Positions 8,945 to 18,528 of a DNA stretch of 64,000 nt are shown here, in pieces. The DNA comes from Alphaproteobacteria bacterium (lineage in GTDB: Bacteria > Pseudomonadota > Alphaproteobacteria > UBA828). Made by a program: the position numbers and the translations under genes. The number at the start of each line of letters is the position of its first letter. Position 1 is the stretch's first letter. Under the pieces are notes generated by a model that had not been told where the DNA came from, ran no database searches, and worked only from the letters and a program-made list of their open reading frames with translations. The stretch spans positions 384,001 through 448,000 of the forward strand of contig CBDCRW010000006.1 in assembly GCA_965221125.1 (NCBI GenBank), in the 5' to 3' direction.

Positions 8945-11217
8945 GTAAATCGGTCTTGAAGATCCCCGGTTCCGAGCGTTTCGCCGCCCAGGGCAAGCGG
9001 CCTGAGCTGTCGGCCATCTCGCCGCAACTGAAGATTTTTCCCTTCGATCCCGAGCACGAGGTCGATCCCATCACGCTGGAGGTCGTGGGCCACAAGCTCT
9101 GGCAGATCAACGACGAGCAGGGCCAGGCGCTGAAGAAAATCTCGGGCTCGCCGGTGGCGACCGACGCCAACGACTTCAACGTCGTCCTGTGCGACGAGCT
9201 CGGCGACATCGTGAACATCGGCCCCTACTACCTGCCTCACGCGGCCAACGTCGACTTCATGGTGAAATGGACCCTCGAGAACCGGAGCGACAATCCCGGC
9301 ATCGAGCCCGACGACATGTTCCTGTGCAACGATTGCTGGGTCGGCGCCCTCCATCCGCAGGATGTGGCGGTGTTCTCCCCGGTGTTCGTGGACGGCCAGC
9401 TCTTCGCCTGGACCGGATCGACGATCCATCAGGTGGACCTGGGCGGCGTCAACATCGGCTCCTGGTGCGTCGACGCCGACGATCACTTCGCCGAGGGCAT
9501 GACCTATCCGCCGATCAAGATCGTCGAGCGGGGGGTGATCCGCAAGGACATCGAGGACGTCTATCTGCGTCGCTCGCGGGCCCCCAAGCTCGTCGCCCTC
9601 GACCTCCGCGCCCACATCGCCTCCAACAACGTCGCCAAGCAGCGGCTGCTGGCCCTCGTCGATCGGTATGGGGCGCAGACCATCCACTCGGCCATGAAGA
9701 AGCAGATGGATTACGCCGAGCGGCGCTTCCGCGAGCGGCTGCGCAAGATCCCGGACGGCGTGTGGCGCTGCGAGACCTACCAGGAGGTCTGCAAGTCCGG
9801 CGACCGGGGCGTCTACAAGACGCTCCTTACCATGCGCAAGACCGCGGACAGGCTGCAGTTCGACTTCTCGGGCTCGGATCCCAACGTCGGCATGATCAAC
9901 TGCACCCGTGCCGGCGCGGTCGGCGGCTCGATCGTCGCCATATTGCCGCAGCTCTGCTACGACATCCCCTGGGCCGTCGGCGGCCTCCACCGCGCGCTCG
10001 AATTCGTGACGCCGGCGGGCACGGTGATGAATGCCGAGTTCCCGCACGGCGTGTCCATGGGCTCGATCGCCGGCACGTGGGCAGCCACCAACTCGGCCAA
10101 CATCTGCATCGCCAACATGCTGTCGAGCACGCCCGAGTTCGAGGACCGGCTTCTCGCCGGTTGCATCGGCTCGTGGTCGACCGTGATCGCGTCCGGTCTC
10201 GACAACAACGAGCTGCCCTTCGTGACCATGATCATGGACGCGATGGCGGGAGGCTGGGGCGCGCGATCGTTTGCGGACGGCGTCAACACTGCAGGGCTGA
10301 TGGCGGCGATCACCGGCCAGTGCCCCAATATCGAGACCAATGAGGGCCTCTACCCGATCCTTTATCTCTATCGCCGGGAAACCAAGGATTCCGGGGGCGC
10401 CGGCGAGTTTCGCGGCGGCATGGGGGCCACCTCGTGCTGGATCCCCTACGGCACCGACGACCGGCCGATCGAGCTGGTGCTCGCAACCTTCGGCCAGGCG
10501 TTCCCGACGGCGCTCGGGATCGATGGCGGCTATCCCTCGAACACGGCCATGTACAAGATGATCCGCAATTCCGACGTCAGTGGATGGCTGGAGCGCGGCG
10601 AGATTCCGACCGACCTGGCAGTGTTGGAGGGCAAGCTCGAGTACTTGCCGCAAAAGTGCGAGACCCACCAGTTCGCCAGCGATGTGTTCGAGCAGACGCT
10701 GGGTGGGGGCGGCGGCTACGGCGATCCGCTCCGGCGCGATGCGGAACGGGTGCTGGCCGACGTGGTCAACGACGCGGTCTCGCTCGATGCCGCCCGCGAG
10801 ATTTACGGTGTCGTCATCGTGAAGGGAGAGGTCGACCACGCCGCCACTGCCCGTGAGCGCGACCGCATCCGTGCGTGGCGGATCGGGCAGGAGCCCACGG
10901 CGAGCGGCGGCCGCAACATCAGCAGCTCGAACGGACGGCTGAGTCAGCGCCTCCTTGTCGACGGCAAGCACGACGTCGTGTGCCAGTGCTGCGGCCATGT
11001 CGTCGGCCCGCTGAAAGAGAACTACAAGCTCAATCTCGTGCGCAGGGACAACAACATTCAGTCAGCCAATCCGCTGATCGTCGACCCCAAGCTTTTCATC
11101 GATCCCGAGGTCGAGTTTCGCCAGTACTTCTGCCCCTCCTGCGCGGTTCAGATCGAGACGGAGGTTTTGCTGGCGAGCAGCGAGCCGGTCTGGGACAAGG
11201 AGCTTTACTTCAACTGA
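8941..11217 (+). CDS. Hydantoinase B / AcxB-like subunit fused to a C-terminal acetone carboxylase gamma-like Zn domain
   Basis: DPITLEV, HPQD, HQVDLGG, DSGGAGEFRGG, GGGGYGDP; tail CQCCGH...ENYK...RQYFCPSC; ATGA overlap with the upstream gene. Confidence 0.9.
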   Translation: MSKSVLKIPGSERFAAQGKRPELSAISPQLKIFPFDPEHEVDPITLEVVGHKLWQINDEQGQALKKISGSPVATDANDFNVVLCDELGDIVNIGPYYLPHAANVDFMVKWTLENRSDNPGIEPDDMFLCNDCWVGALHPQDVAVFSPVFVDGQLFAWTGSTIHQVDLGGVNIGSWCVDADDHFAEGMTYPPIKIVERGVIRKDIEDVYLRRSRAPKLVALDLRAHIASNNVAKQRLLALVDRYGAQTIHSAMKKQMDYAERRFRERLRKIPDGVWRCETYQEVCKSGDRGVYKTLLTMRKTADRLQFDFSGSDPNVGMINCTRAGAVGGSIVAILPQLCYDIPWAVGGLHRALEFVTPAGTVMNAEFPHGVSMGSIAGTWAATNSANICIANMLSSTPEFEDRLLAGCIGSWSTVIASGLDNNELPFVTMIMDAMAGGWGARSFADGVNTAGLMAAITGQCPNIETNEGLYPILYLYRRETKDSGGAGEFRGGMGATSCWIPYGTDDRPIELVLATFGQAFPTALGIDGGYPSNTAMYKMIRNSDVSGWLERGEIPTDLAVLEGKLEYLPQKCETHQFASDVFEQTLGGGGGYGDPLRRDAERVLADVVNDAVSLDAAREIYGVVIVKGEVDHAATARERDRIRAWRIGQEPTASGGRNISSSNGRLSQRLLVDGKHDVVCQCCGHVVGPLKENYKLNLVRRDNNIQSANPLIVDPKLFIDPEVEFRQYFCPSCAVQIETEVLLASSEPVWDKELYFN

Positions 11218-11364
11218 GCGCCGGCTCGCAGAGTAGCGAACGGGCAATCACGACGTGCCGACGCCGGGCTTCGGTCCGATCCCGCCGAGGAACGAGAGCT
11301 GGGCCACGGCGGTGACACGATCTGTTTGCCCTGTCACCGTCATTCCGCTAAGTCGTTGATTTAG

Positions 11365-11440
<76 letters not shown>

Positions 11441-11517
11441 ACGCGCGACGATGCCGCGCCGGACATGTGCCACGTTTCAGGTGCGTGCGCAACAGCCGCC
11501 CGGCGGGATCGCCCCTG

Positions 11518-11725
11518 CCCTCATTCCCCGCGTGTCTCCCGTTGTCTGCTGGGATTGACGTTTGGCTGCTTTGGGTTATGGGTTCAGGGGGCTCACCTGA
11601 TGGGTGAGAGTTGGGGAGCTTGGGTGTCCGGGTCTCGTCTGGACTATGAGTTGGATCGCGAGGTTGGGCTTGGGGTGGTGACGGCGCACGGCGGCGTGCC
11701 GGCGCCGATCGAACATTTGGAGCGC
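11518..11725 (+). pseudogene. Probable IS1380-family left end plus transposase N-terminal remnant
   Basis: T/G-rich atypical composition; CACCTGATGGGTG motif; peptide LDYELDREVGLGVVTAHGGVPAPIEH resembles the IS1380 'T(A/S)xGGxP' N-terminus (from recall). Confidence 0.4.
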
Positions 11726-11873
11726 GAGGACGAGGGCGCGCTGCGCCAGTGGGCGGCGCTCGACCACCTGCCCGACGGCGCGATTTCGCGACAGCGATCA
11801 TTGCAACCTGCGTGCTGTGTCAATATGAGGTCTCCAGTCACGGAGGGATCGCGTCCTCGCGGAGAACGAAGCT

Positions 11874-13733
11874 ATGGCAGGAAATACCGTACGCCTGACG
11901 ATGGCGCAGGCCCTGGTGCGCTATCTTTGCAATCAGCACACGATCGTCGACGGCGAGCGCGCCCCGCTCTTCCCCGGCGTGTTCGCGATCTTCGGTCACG
12001 GCAACGTCACCTGCCTCTCCGAAGCGCTTGAAGCGGTCCAGGACCGGCTGCCGACCTGGCGCGGCCAGAACGAGCAGTCCATGGCGCTGGCGGCCATCGG
12101 CTTCGCCAAGGCCAGGCGGCGGCGCCAGATCATGATCGCCACGTCCTCGATCGGCCCCGGCGCGCTCAACATGGTGACGGCGGCGGGCACGGCGCACTCC
12201 AACCGCCTGCCGATCCTGATCCTCGCGGGCGACACCTTCACCAACCGCCTGCCCGACCCGGTGCTCCAGCAGGTGGAGCACTTCGGCGATCCCACCGTCA
12301 CCGTGAACGACGCCTTCAAGGCGGTCTCGCGCTACTGGGACCGGATCGCGCATCCAGCGCAGATCATGGCGTCGCTGCCGCAGGCCATCGCCACCATGCT
12401 CGACCCCGGCGACTGCGGCCCGGCCTTCATCTCGCTGCCGCAGGACACGCAGGAGCTGGCCTTCGACTACCCGCAAGAATTCTTCGAGGAGCGGGTCTGG
12501 ACGATCCCGCGTCCGCGCGCCGACCGCGACCGCGTGGCCGAGGCCGCGGCGCTGCTGCGGACGGCGAAGAAGCCGCTCATCATCGCGGGCGGCGGCGTGC
12601 GCTATTCCGGCGCGGAGGAGGCGGTCTCGAGCTTTGCCGCCGCGCGCGGCATTCCGGTGGTCGAGACCATCGCCGGCAAGGGCGCGCTCACCCACTACGA
12701 CCCCGTCCATTGCGGCCCCGTGGGCGTCGTCGGCTCGACCTCGGCCAACACGCTCGCCGCCGATGCCGACGTGGTGCTCGCCATCGGCACGCGCCTGCAG
12801 GACTTCACCACGGGGTCGTGGACCGCGTTCGCGCGCGACGCACGGTTCATCTCCATCAACGCCGCGCGCTGGGATGCGACCAAGCACCGGGCGCTCGCGG
12901 TGGTGGGCGATGCGCTGGAGACGGTGCGCGAGCTCGACGCGGCGCTCGGCGCCTGGAAGGCCGAGGCGGGCCATCTGGCGGCGGCCCAGGCGCTCTTCAA
13001 GCAGTGGGACACGCTGCTCGACGAGCACCAGGCGCAGACCAACGCGCCCGTGCCCACTTACGCGCAGGTGGTGAACGTGGTGAACCGGGCGGCGGGCGAG
13101 GGCGACCACCTCATCGCCGCCGCCGGGGGCATTCCGGGCGAGGTCGCCAAGGGCTGGCGGGTGAAGGGGCGCAACACCTTCGACCTCGAATTCGGCTTCT
13201 CCTGCATGGGCTACGAGATCGCCGGCGGCTGGGGCAACGCCATGGCGAACGCGGGCGCGTCGACGCCCATGGTCATGGTGGGCGACGGCGGCTACCTGAT
13301 GATGAACTCGGACATCTATTCGTCGGTGCTCACCGGCCACAAGATGGTCGTGGTGGTCTGCGACAACGGCGGCTTCGCGGTGATCAACCGGCTGCAGGAG
13401 TTCAAGGGAACGCCCGGCTTCAACAACCTGTTCAAGGATTGCCGCAGGGCCGAGCCCGGCAGTCCGCCTCTCGTGGACTTCGCGAAGCACGCCGAATCCA
13501 TGGGCGCCCACGCGCGCCACTGCGAGAGCCTCGCCGACCTCGAAGCCGCGCTCGACTGGGCCAGGGGCACCGACCGGACCACGGTCCTCTCCATCGCCAC
13601 GGAGGCCTACACCTGGACGCCGGGCGACGCCGACTGGGATCTCGGGGTGCCCGAGATCTCGGAGCGCGAGACGGTGAGGGCCGCCCGCGCCCATCAGGAA
13701 GACATCCGTGCAAAGCAGCGCGTGGGAGTGTGA
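11874..13733 (+). CDS. iolD: 3D-(3,5/4)-trihydroxycyclohexane-1,2-dione acylhydrolase (decyclizing)
   Basis: LTMAQALVRYL, IFGHGNV, NEQSMA, PDPVLQQVE, FSCMGYEIAG, GDGGYLMMNSD. Confidence 0.95.
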   Translation: MAGNTVRLTMAQALVRYLCNQHTIVDGERAPLFPGVFAIFGHGNVTCLSEALEAVQDRLPTWRGQNEQSMALAAIGFAKARRRRQIMIATSSIGPGALNMVTAAGTAHSNRLPILILAGDTFTNRLPDPVLQQVEHFGDPTVTVNDAFKAVSRYWDRIAHPAQIMASLPQAIATMLDPGDCGPAFISLPQDTQELAFDYPQEFFEERVWTIPRPRADRDRVAEAAALLRTAKKPLIIAGGGVRYSGAEEAVSSFAAARGIPVVETIAGKGALTHYDPVHCGPVGVVGSTSANTLAADADVVLAIGTRLQDFTTGSWTAFARDARFISINAARWDATKHRALAVVGDALETVRELDAALGAWKAEAGHLAAAQALFKQWDTLLDEHQAQTNAPVPTYAQVVNVVNRAAGEGDHLIAAAGGIPGEVAKGWRVKGRNTFDLEFGFSCMGYEIAGGWGNAMANAGASTPMVMVGDGGYLMMNSDIYSSVLTGHKMVVVVCDNGGFAVINRLQEFKGTPGFNNLFKDCRRAEPGSPPLVDFAKHAESMGAHARHCESLADLEAALDWARGTDRTTVLSIATEAYTWTPGDADWDLGVPEISERETVRAARAHQEDIRAKQRVGV

Positions 13734-13736
13734 GGA

Positions 13737-14639
13737 ATGCTGAAAGCGAAGCTGGGCATCGCGCCCATCGCGTGGTGGAACGACGATCTGGTCGAGCTTT
13801 CGGACGACGTGAGCCTGGAGGAGTGCCTGCGCCAGGCCTCGGTCGCGGGCTTTACCGGCATGGAGACGGGCCGGCGCTTCCCCATGAACATGGCGGAGCT
13901 GGGGCCGATCCTCGAGCGCTTCGGCATCTCGGTCTGCGGCGGCTGGCACTCGGGCCGCGTGCTCGAAGGCGATCTCGAGGCGGAGAAGGAGCGCATCCGC
14001 CCGATGATGGATTTCTTCATCGCGGCGAGCGCGCCCTGCATCGTCTACGGCGAGATCGCCCGCGCCATCCAGGGCGAGCGCGCGGCCCCGCTCGCGACCA
14101 AACCACGCATCGCCGATGACGAGATGAAGGTCTACGGCCGCAACATGACCGCGTTCGCGGAGTGGTGCGCCGACGAGGGCATGCCCATCGCCTATCACCA
14201 CCACATGGGCGCCCTGGTCGAGACCGAGCCGGAGCTCGACAGCCTGATGAACCACAGCGGCGAGGCGCTGAGGCTCGCCTACGACACCGGCCACCTCGCC
14301 TTCGCCGGCGGCGACGGCTTGCGCGTCATCGAGCGCTACCACGGGCGGATGGGCCACATCCACACGAAGGACGTGCGCCAGGGCGTGATCGACGGCCTCG
14401 ACCGCAGCCGCGAGAGCTTTTTGGATGCGGTCATCAAGGGGGCCTTCACCGTGCCGGGGGACGGCGACCTCGACTTCGCCACCATCGTCCGCCGCCTCGC
14501 CGAGCTCGGCTATGAAGGCTGGTTCGTGGTCGAGGCGGAGCAGGACCCGGTGGCGAACCCGCCGCTGGAGATGGCGCGGAAGGGCCACGCGGAGCTTCTC
14601 CGCGTCATGAGCGAAGCCGGATACGAGGTGGTGCAATGA
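13737..14639 (+). CDS. iolE: myo-Inosose-2 dehydratase
   Basis: GIAPIAWWNDD, YHHHMG, DTGH, HTKD, FTVPGDG, VEAEQDP. Confidence 0.95.
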   Translation: MLKAKLGIAPIAWWNDDLVELSDDVSLEECLRQASVAGFTGMETGRRFPMNMAELGPILERFGISVCGGWHSGRVLEGDLEAEKERIRPMMDFFIAASAPCIVYGEIARAIQGERAAPLATKPRIADDEMKVYGRNMTAFAEWCADEGMPIAYHHHMGALVETEPELDSLMNHSGEALRLAYDTGHLAFAGGDGLRVIERYHGRMGHIHTKDVRQGVIDGLDRSRESFLDAVIKGAFTVPGDGDLDFATIVRRLAELGYEGWFVVEAEQDPVANPPLEMARKGHAELLRVMSEAGYEVVQ

Positions 14640-15451
14640 ACCGCATCGACGGAAAGGTCGCCGTCGTCACCGGCGGCACGCAGGGGGTGGGCGCGGCCAT
14701 CGCGCGGCTCTTCGCGAGCGCAGGCGCCGCCGGGATCGTGACCGTCGGCCGCGACACGGCGAAGGGCCGGAAGGTCGCCGACGAGATCACCGCGGAGAGC
14801 GGCGTGCCGGTCGACGTGGTGGGCGCCGACCTCGGTGTCATGGCGGACGTGCGCCGGATCGTGGCGCAGGCCGACGCGCGCTTCGGCCGGGTCGACATCC
14901 TGGTGAACGCGGCGGGCATGTCCACGCGCGGCAACCTGCTCAACACCTCGCCCGCGCTGTTCGACACGATGTTCGCCGTGAACGTTCGCGCGCCCTTCTT
15001 CCTGATGCAGGACGCGGTGAAGATCATGATCCGCGAGGGGACCCCAGGCGTGATCGTCAATATCGGCTCGACCTCGGAACGCGCGGGCCAGCCCTTCATC
15101 GCGCCCTACTGCGCGTCGAAGGGCGCGCTCGCCACGCTGACGCGGAACGCGGGCTTCGCGCTCATGCGCAACCGCATCCGCGTGAACCAGCTCGACATCG
15201 GCTGGACCAACTCGGACAACGAACGCAGGCTGCAGGCCGAGGAGTCCGGCGATCCGGACTTCATGGACAAGGCCGCCGCCACGCTCCCCTTCGGCCGGCT
15301 GCTGGAGCCCGCCGAGGTCGCGCGCGCCGTGCTCTGGATCGCCTCCGACGACAGCGGCATGATGACCGGCTCGGTGATCCAGTTCGACCAGTCGGTCTGG
15401 GGCGGCTACGACGGTCAGGCGCCGGGGCCGGCCGCGCCGCTCAGCGCGTAG
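14636..15451 (+). CDS. Short-chain dehydrogenase/reductase (iol-associated)
   Basis: TGGTQGVG, NAAG, YCASK. Confidence 0.9.
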   Translation: MNRIDGKVAVVTGGTQGVGAAIARLFASAGAAGIVTVGRDTAKGRKVADEITAESGVPVDVVGADLGVMADVRRIVAQADARFGRVDILVNAAGMSTRGNLLNTSPALFDTMFAVNVRAPFFLMQDAVKIMIREGTPGVIVNIGSTSERAGQPFIAPYCASKGALATLTRNAGFALMRNRIRVNQLDIGWTNSDNERRLQAEESGDPDFMDKAAATLPFGRLLEPAEVARAVLWIASDDSGMMTGSVIQFDQSVWGGYDGQAPGPAAPLSA

Positions 15452-15478
15452 CGTCCCGAGACGCTGGCGTTTGCCGCC

Positions 15479-16807
15479 TCAGCGCCCGCGTCGCTCCGGA
15501 ATGAGGCCGCGCGGGCTGAAGCGCATGACGACGAGCAGAATGAGCCCCATGACGATGAGGCGCATGTAGGCGGCGCTGTCCAGCAGGTGGACCCGGAGCG
15601 TGTTGTCCTCGGGCAGGCCGGCGGTGATCGCATCCATCAGCCAGAACGCGGCGGGCTCGGCCTCGACCCACAGGAACCACACCAGGAAGCCGCCGAGCAC
15701 GGCGCCCCAGTTGTTGCCCGAGCCGCCGACGATCACCATCACCCAGACCAGGAAGGTGAAGCGCAGCGGCTGGTAGCTGCCCGGCGTGAACTGCCCGTCC
15801 AGCGTGGTGAGCATGGCGCCCGCGATGCCCATGACGGCCGCGCCCAGGATGAAGATCTGCATGTGGCGCCGGGTCACGTCCTTGCCCATCGCGGCGGCGG
15901 CGTCCTCGTTGTCGCGGATGGCGCGCATCATCCGCCCCCAGGGCGAGTTCAGCGCCCGCTCGGCGAGCCAGACGACCGCGATGAGCACCAGCGCGAAGAG
16001 CACCGCGTAGCAGAGCTTCACGAAGATGCTGGAGCCCGCGATCGGATCGGTGCCGAGCCAGTGAACGAGATCGAGGAACCAGGGGCTCGCCTGCAGGTCG
16101 ATCTCGTAGGGCACCGGCCGGTCGAGGCCCGTGACGTTCTTCACGCCGCGGCCGAGCCAGTCCTCGTTCTTGATCACGGTGATGACGATCTCGGCGATGC
16201 CGAGGGTGGCGATAGCGAAGTAGTCCGAGCGCAGGCCCAGCGCGACCTTGCCGATGAGCCACGCGGCGCCGGCGGCGAGCAGGCCGCCCACCGCCCAGGA
16301 GAGGACGATCGGCAGGCCGGCGCCGCCGAAGTAGCCGGTCGTGGTGCTGTCGATGCGCTCGACCGCGTCGACCGCCGGGTCGAAGAAGATGCGGGCGACG
16401 AAGAACCCGGCGACCAGAAGGGCGACCGTGGCCGCCGAGCGCAGCGGCCCCTTCCGCAGGAGGCGGCGCGCGAGGACGATCAGCAGCGCGGTGCCGACCA
16501 CCACCAGGAGCGCGAGGCCGAGCCCCGCGCCGCCGGCCGACCATGCCTCGCCCACCGGCGATTGCGAGACGAGCACGCCGGCCAGCCCGCCGAGCGCGGC
16601 GAAGCCCATGACGCCGACGTTGAGCAGGCCCGCGTAGCCCCACTGCATGTTGAGGCCCAAGGCCATGATCGCCGAGATCAGGCAGAGGTTGAGGATGGAG
16701 AGGCTCACCACCCAGGACTGGCCGAAGCCGACCGCGGCGAGCAGCGCCGCCATGACGGCGAAGAGCACCGGGGTGCGGGGCGCAGGCGTGCGAAACACCG
16801 GCTTCAT
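15479..16807 (-). CDS. livM: Branched-chain amino acid ABC permease (LivM-like)
   Basis: GLNMQWGYAGLLNVG, LRSDYFAIATLG, RAIRDNE; start ATG overlaps the livH stop. Confidence 0.88.
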   Translation of the reverse strand: MKPVFRTPAPRTPVLFAVMAALLAAVGFGQSWVVSLSILNLCLISAIMALGLNMQWGYAGLLNVGVMGFAALGGLAGVLVSQSPVGEAWSAGGAGLGLALLVVVGTALLIVLARRLLRKGPLRSAATVALLVAGFFVARIFFDPAVDAVERIDSTTTGYFGGAGLPIVLSWAVGGLLAAGAAWLIGKVALGLRSDYFAIATLGIAEIVITVIKNEDWLGRGVKNVTGLDRPVPYEIDLQASPWFLDLVHWLGTDPIAGSSIFVKLCYAVLFALVLIAVVWLAERALNSPWGRMMRAIRDNEDAAAAMGKDVTRRHMQIFILGAAVMGIAGAMLTTLDGQFTPGSYQPLRFTFLVWVMVIVGGSGNNWGAVLGGFLVWFLWVEAEPAAFWLMDAITAGLPEDNTLRVHLLDSAAYMRLIVMGLILLVVMRFSPRGLIPERRGR

Positions 16808-17820
16808 GAGAGCACCCGCCCGCGGAAGATGCCGGTCGGGCGCACGAGCAGCACCACCACCAGGATGACGAAGGAGATCGCGAGCTTGTAGTCGGTGGAG
16901 AGGAGCTGCATCAGGGCGCTCGGCTCCCAGCTCTCCGGCAGCAGGTAGCGCAGGAACTTCTTGTAGGCGTAGGTCACCGCGGTCTCCGACAGCGCCACGA
17001 TGAAGCCGCCGACGACCGCGCCCACCGGATGGCCAATGCCGCCCAGGATGGCCGAGGCGAAGATGGGCAGGAGGAGCTGGAAGTAGGTAAACGGCTTGAA
17101 GCTCTTGTCGATGCCGTACATGGTGCCGGCCACCGCCGCCAGCGTCGCGGCGATCAGCCAGGCGTAGAGCACCACGCGGTCCGGGTTGACGCCGGAGAGC
17201 AGCGCGAGATCCTCGTTGTCCGAGTAGGCGCGCATCGCCTTGCCGGCGCGGGTGCGGTGCAGGAACCAGAAGAGCGCCGTCACGCCTGCGGCCGCGACGA
17301 TGACCGTCAGCCCCTGCGAGAGCTTGATCGCGAGGCCCTCCTTCAGCCCGGTCGCCGCCTTGAACTCGGAGGCCTTGATGATGAAGCGGGCGCCGTCGGC
17401 GAGGCGGCGGTCGTCGGGGCCGATGATGAAGCGGACGATGCCCTGCAGCGCGAACATCACGCCGATGGAGGCGATCAGCAGGATCACCGGCGGGCTCTTG
17501 CGCCGGCGGTAGAAGCGGAAGACGACGCGGTCCGCCGCCAGGTTGAAGGCGGCCGCCGCCGCGATGCCGAAGGGGAGCGCGATGAGCGCCGTCGGCAGCG
17601 GCCCGATGCCGACGTCCATGCTCTGGAACCACCACGTCGTGAGCAGAACGACCATGGTGCCGAAGGCCATCACGTCGCCGTGCGAGAAGTTGGCGAAGCG
17701 CAGGATGCCGAAGACGAGGGTGACGCCGAGGGCGCCGAGCGCGAGCTGGGAGCCATAGGCGACCCCCGGCACGATCACGAAGTTCAGGAGCAGGACGATC
17801 GCGTTCGCGACGTCGGTCAT
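16804..17820 (-). CDS. livH: Branched-chain amino acid ABC permease (LivH-like)
   Basis: ALGVTLVFGILRFANFSHG, GKAMRA, ILGGIG. Confidence 0.9.
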   Translation of the reverse strand: MTDVANAIVLLLNFVIVPGVAYGSQLALGALGVTLVFGILRFANFSHGDVMAFGTMVVLLTTWWFQSMDVGIGPLPTALIALPFGIAAAAAFNLAADRVVFRFYRRRKSPPVILLIASIGVMFALQGIVRFIIGPDDRRLADGARFIIKASEFKAATGLKEGLAIKLSQGLTVIVAAAGVTALFWFLHRTRAGKAMRAYSDNEDLALLSGVNPDRVVLYAWLIAATLAAVAGTMYGIDKSFKPFTYFQLLLPIFASAILGGIGHPVGAVVGGFIVALSETAVTYAYKKFLRYLLPESWEPSALMQLLSTDYKLAISFVILVVVLLVRPTGIFRGRVLS

Positions 17821-17823
17821 CGC

Positions 17824-18528
17824 CTACCCACCCAGGAAGGAGCGGCGGACCTCGGGGTCGGCGAGCAGCGCCGCGCCGGTATCCGTGTGGCGGTTCTCGC
17901 CGGTGACGAGCACGTAGCCGCGATCGGCGATGGAGAGCGCCTGGGCGGCGTTCTGCTCCACCATCAGGATGGCGATGCCGGTCGCGCGGATCTCCAGGAT
18001 GCGGTCGAAGAGATCGTCCATGACCACGGGCGAGACGCCCGCCGTCGGCTCGTCCAGCATGAGCAGCTTGGGCTCCGTCATCAGCGCCCGGCCGATGGCC
18101 ACCTGCTGGCGCTGGCCGCCCGAGAGCTCGCCGGCAAGCTGGCGCCGCCGCTCCTTCAGGATCGGGAAGAGGTCGAAGACCCGCGCCATGGCGTCGGCGA
18201 CGCCGTGCTCGCGGATGTAGGCGCCCATCTCCAGGTTTTCCTGGACGGTCATGGTGGTGAAGACGTTGCGCTCCTGCGGCACGAAGCCCATGCCCTTGCG
18301 CACGCGCTCCTGCGGGCTGAGGCGGGTGATGTCCTCGCCGTCGAGGACGACCGTGCCCTCGCGCAGCGTCACCATGCCGAAGATCGCCTTCATGGCGGTC
18401 GACTTGCCCGCGCCGTTGGGGCCGACGATGACCGCGACCTCGCCCTGCCGGGCCTCGATGGTGCAGCCGCGGATGATGTCCGCGCCGCCGTAGCCGCCGG
18501 TCATGCTCTCGCCCGCGAGAAAGCTCAT
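17824..18528 (-). CDS. livF: ABC ATP-binding protein (LivF-like)
   Basis: GPNGAGKST, LSGGQRQQ, LDEPTAG. Confidence 0.92.
   Translation of the reverse strand: MSFLAGESMTGGYGGADIIRGCTIEARQGEVAVIVGPNGAGKSTAMKAIFGMVTLREGTVVLDGEDITRLSPQERVRKGMGFVPQERNVFTTMTVQENLEMGAYIREHGVADAMARVFDLFPILKERRRQLAGELSGGQRQQVAIGRALMTEPKLLMLDEPTAGVSPVVMDDLFDRILEIRATGIAILMVEQNAAQALSIADRGYVLVTGENRHTDTGAALLADPEVRRSFLGG

Noticed and set aside
15479-17635. Apparent long fusions from extended ORF calls (livM 718 aa; likewise proC 460 aa, gpt 418 aa, fabZ 370 aa, skp 334 aa)
   Set aside because: The extensions are out-of-frame overlaps with the upstream gene; coupled downstream starts explain each gene.
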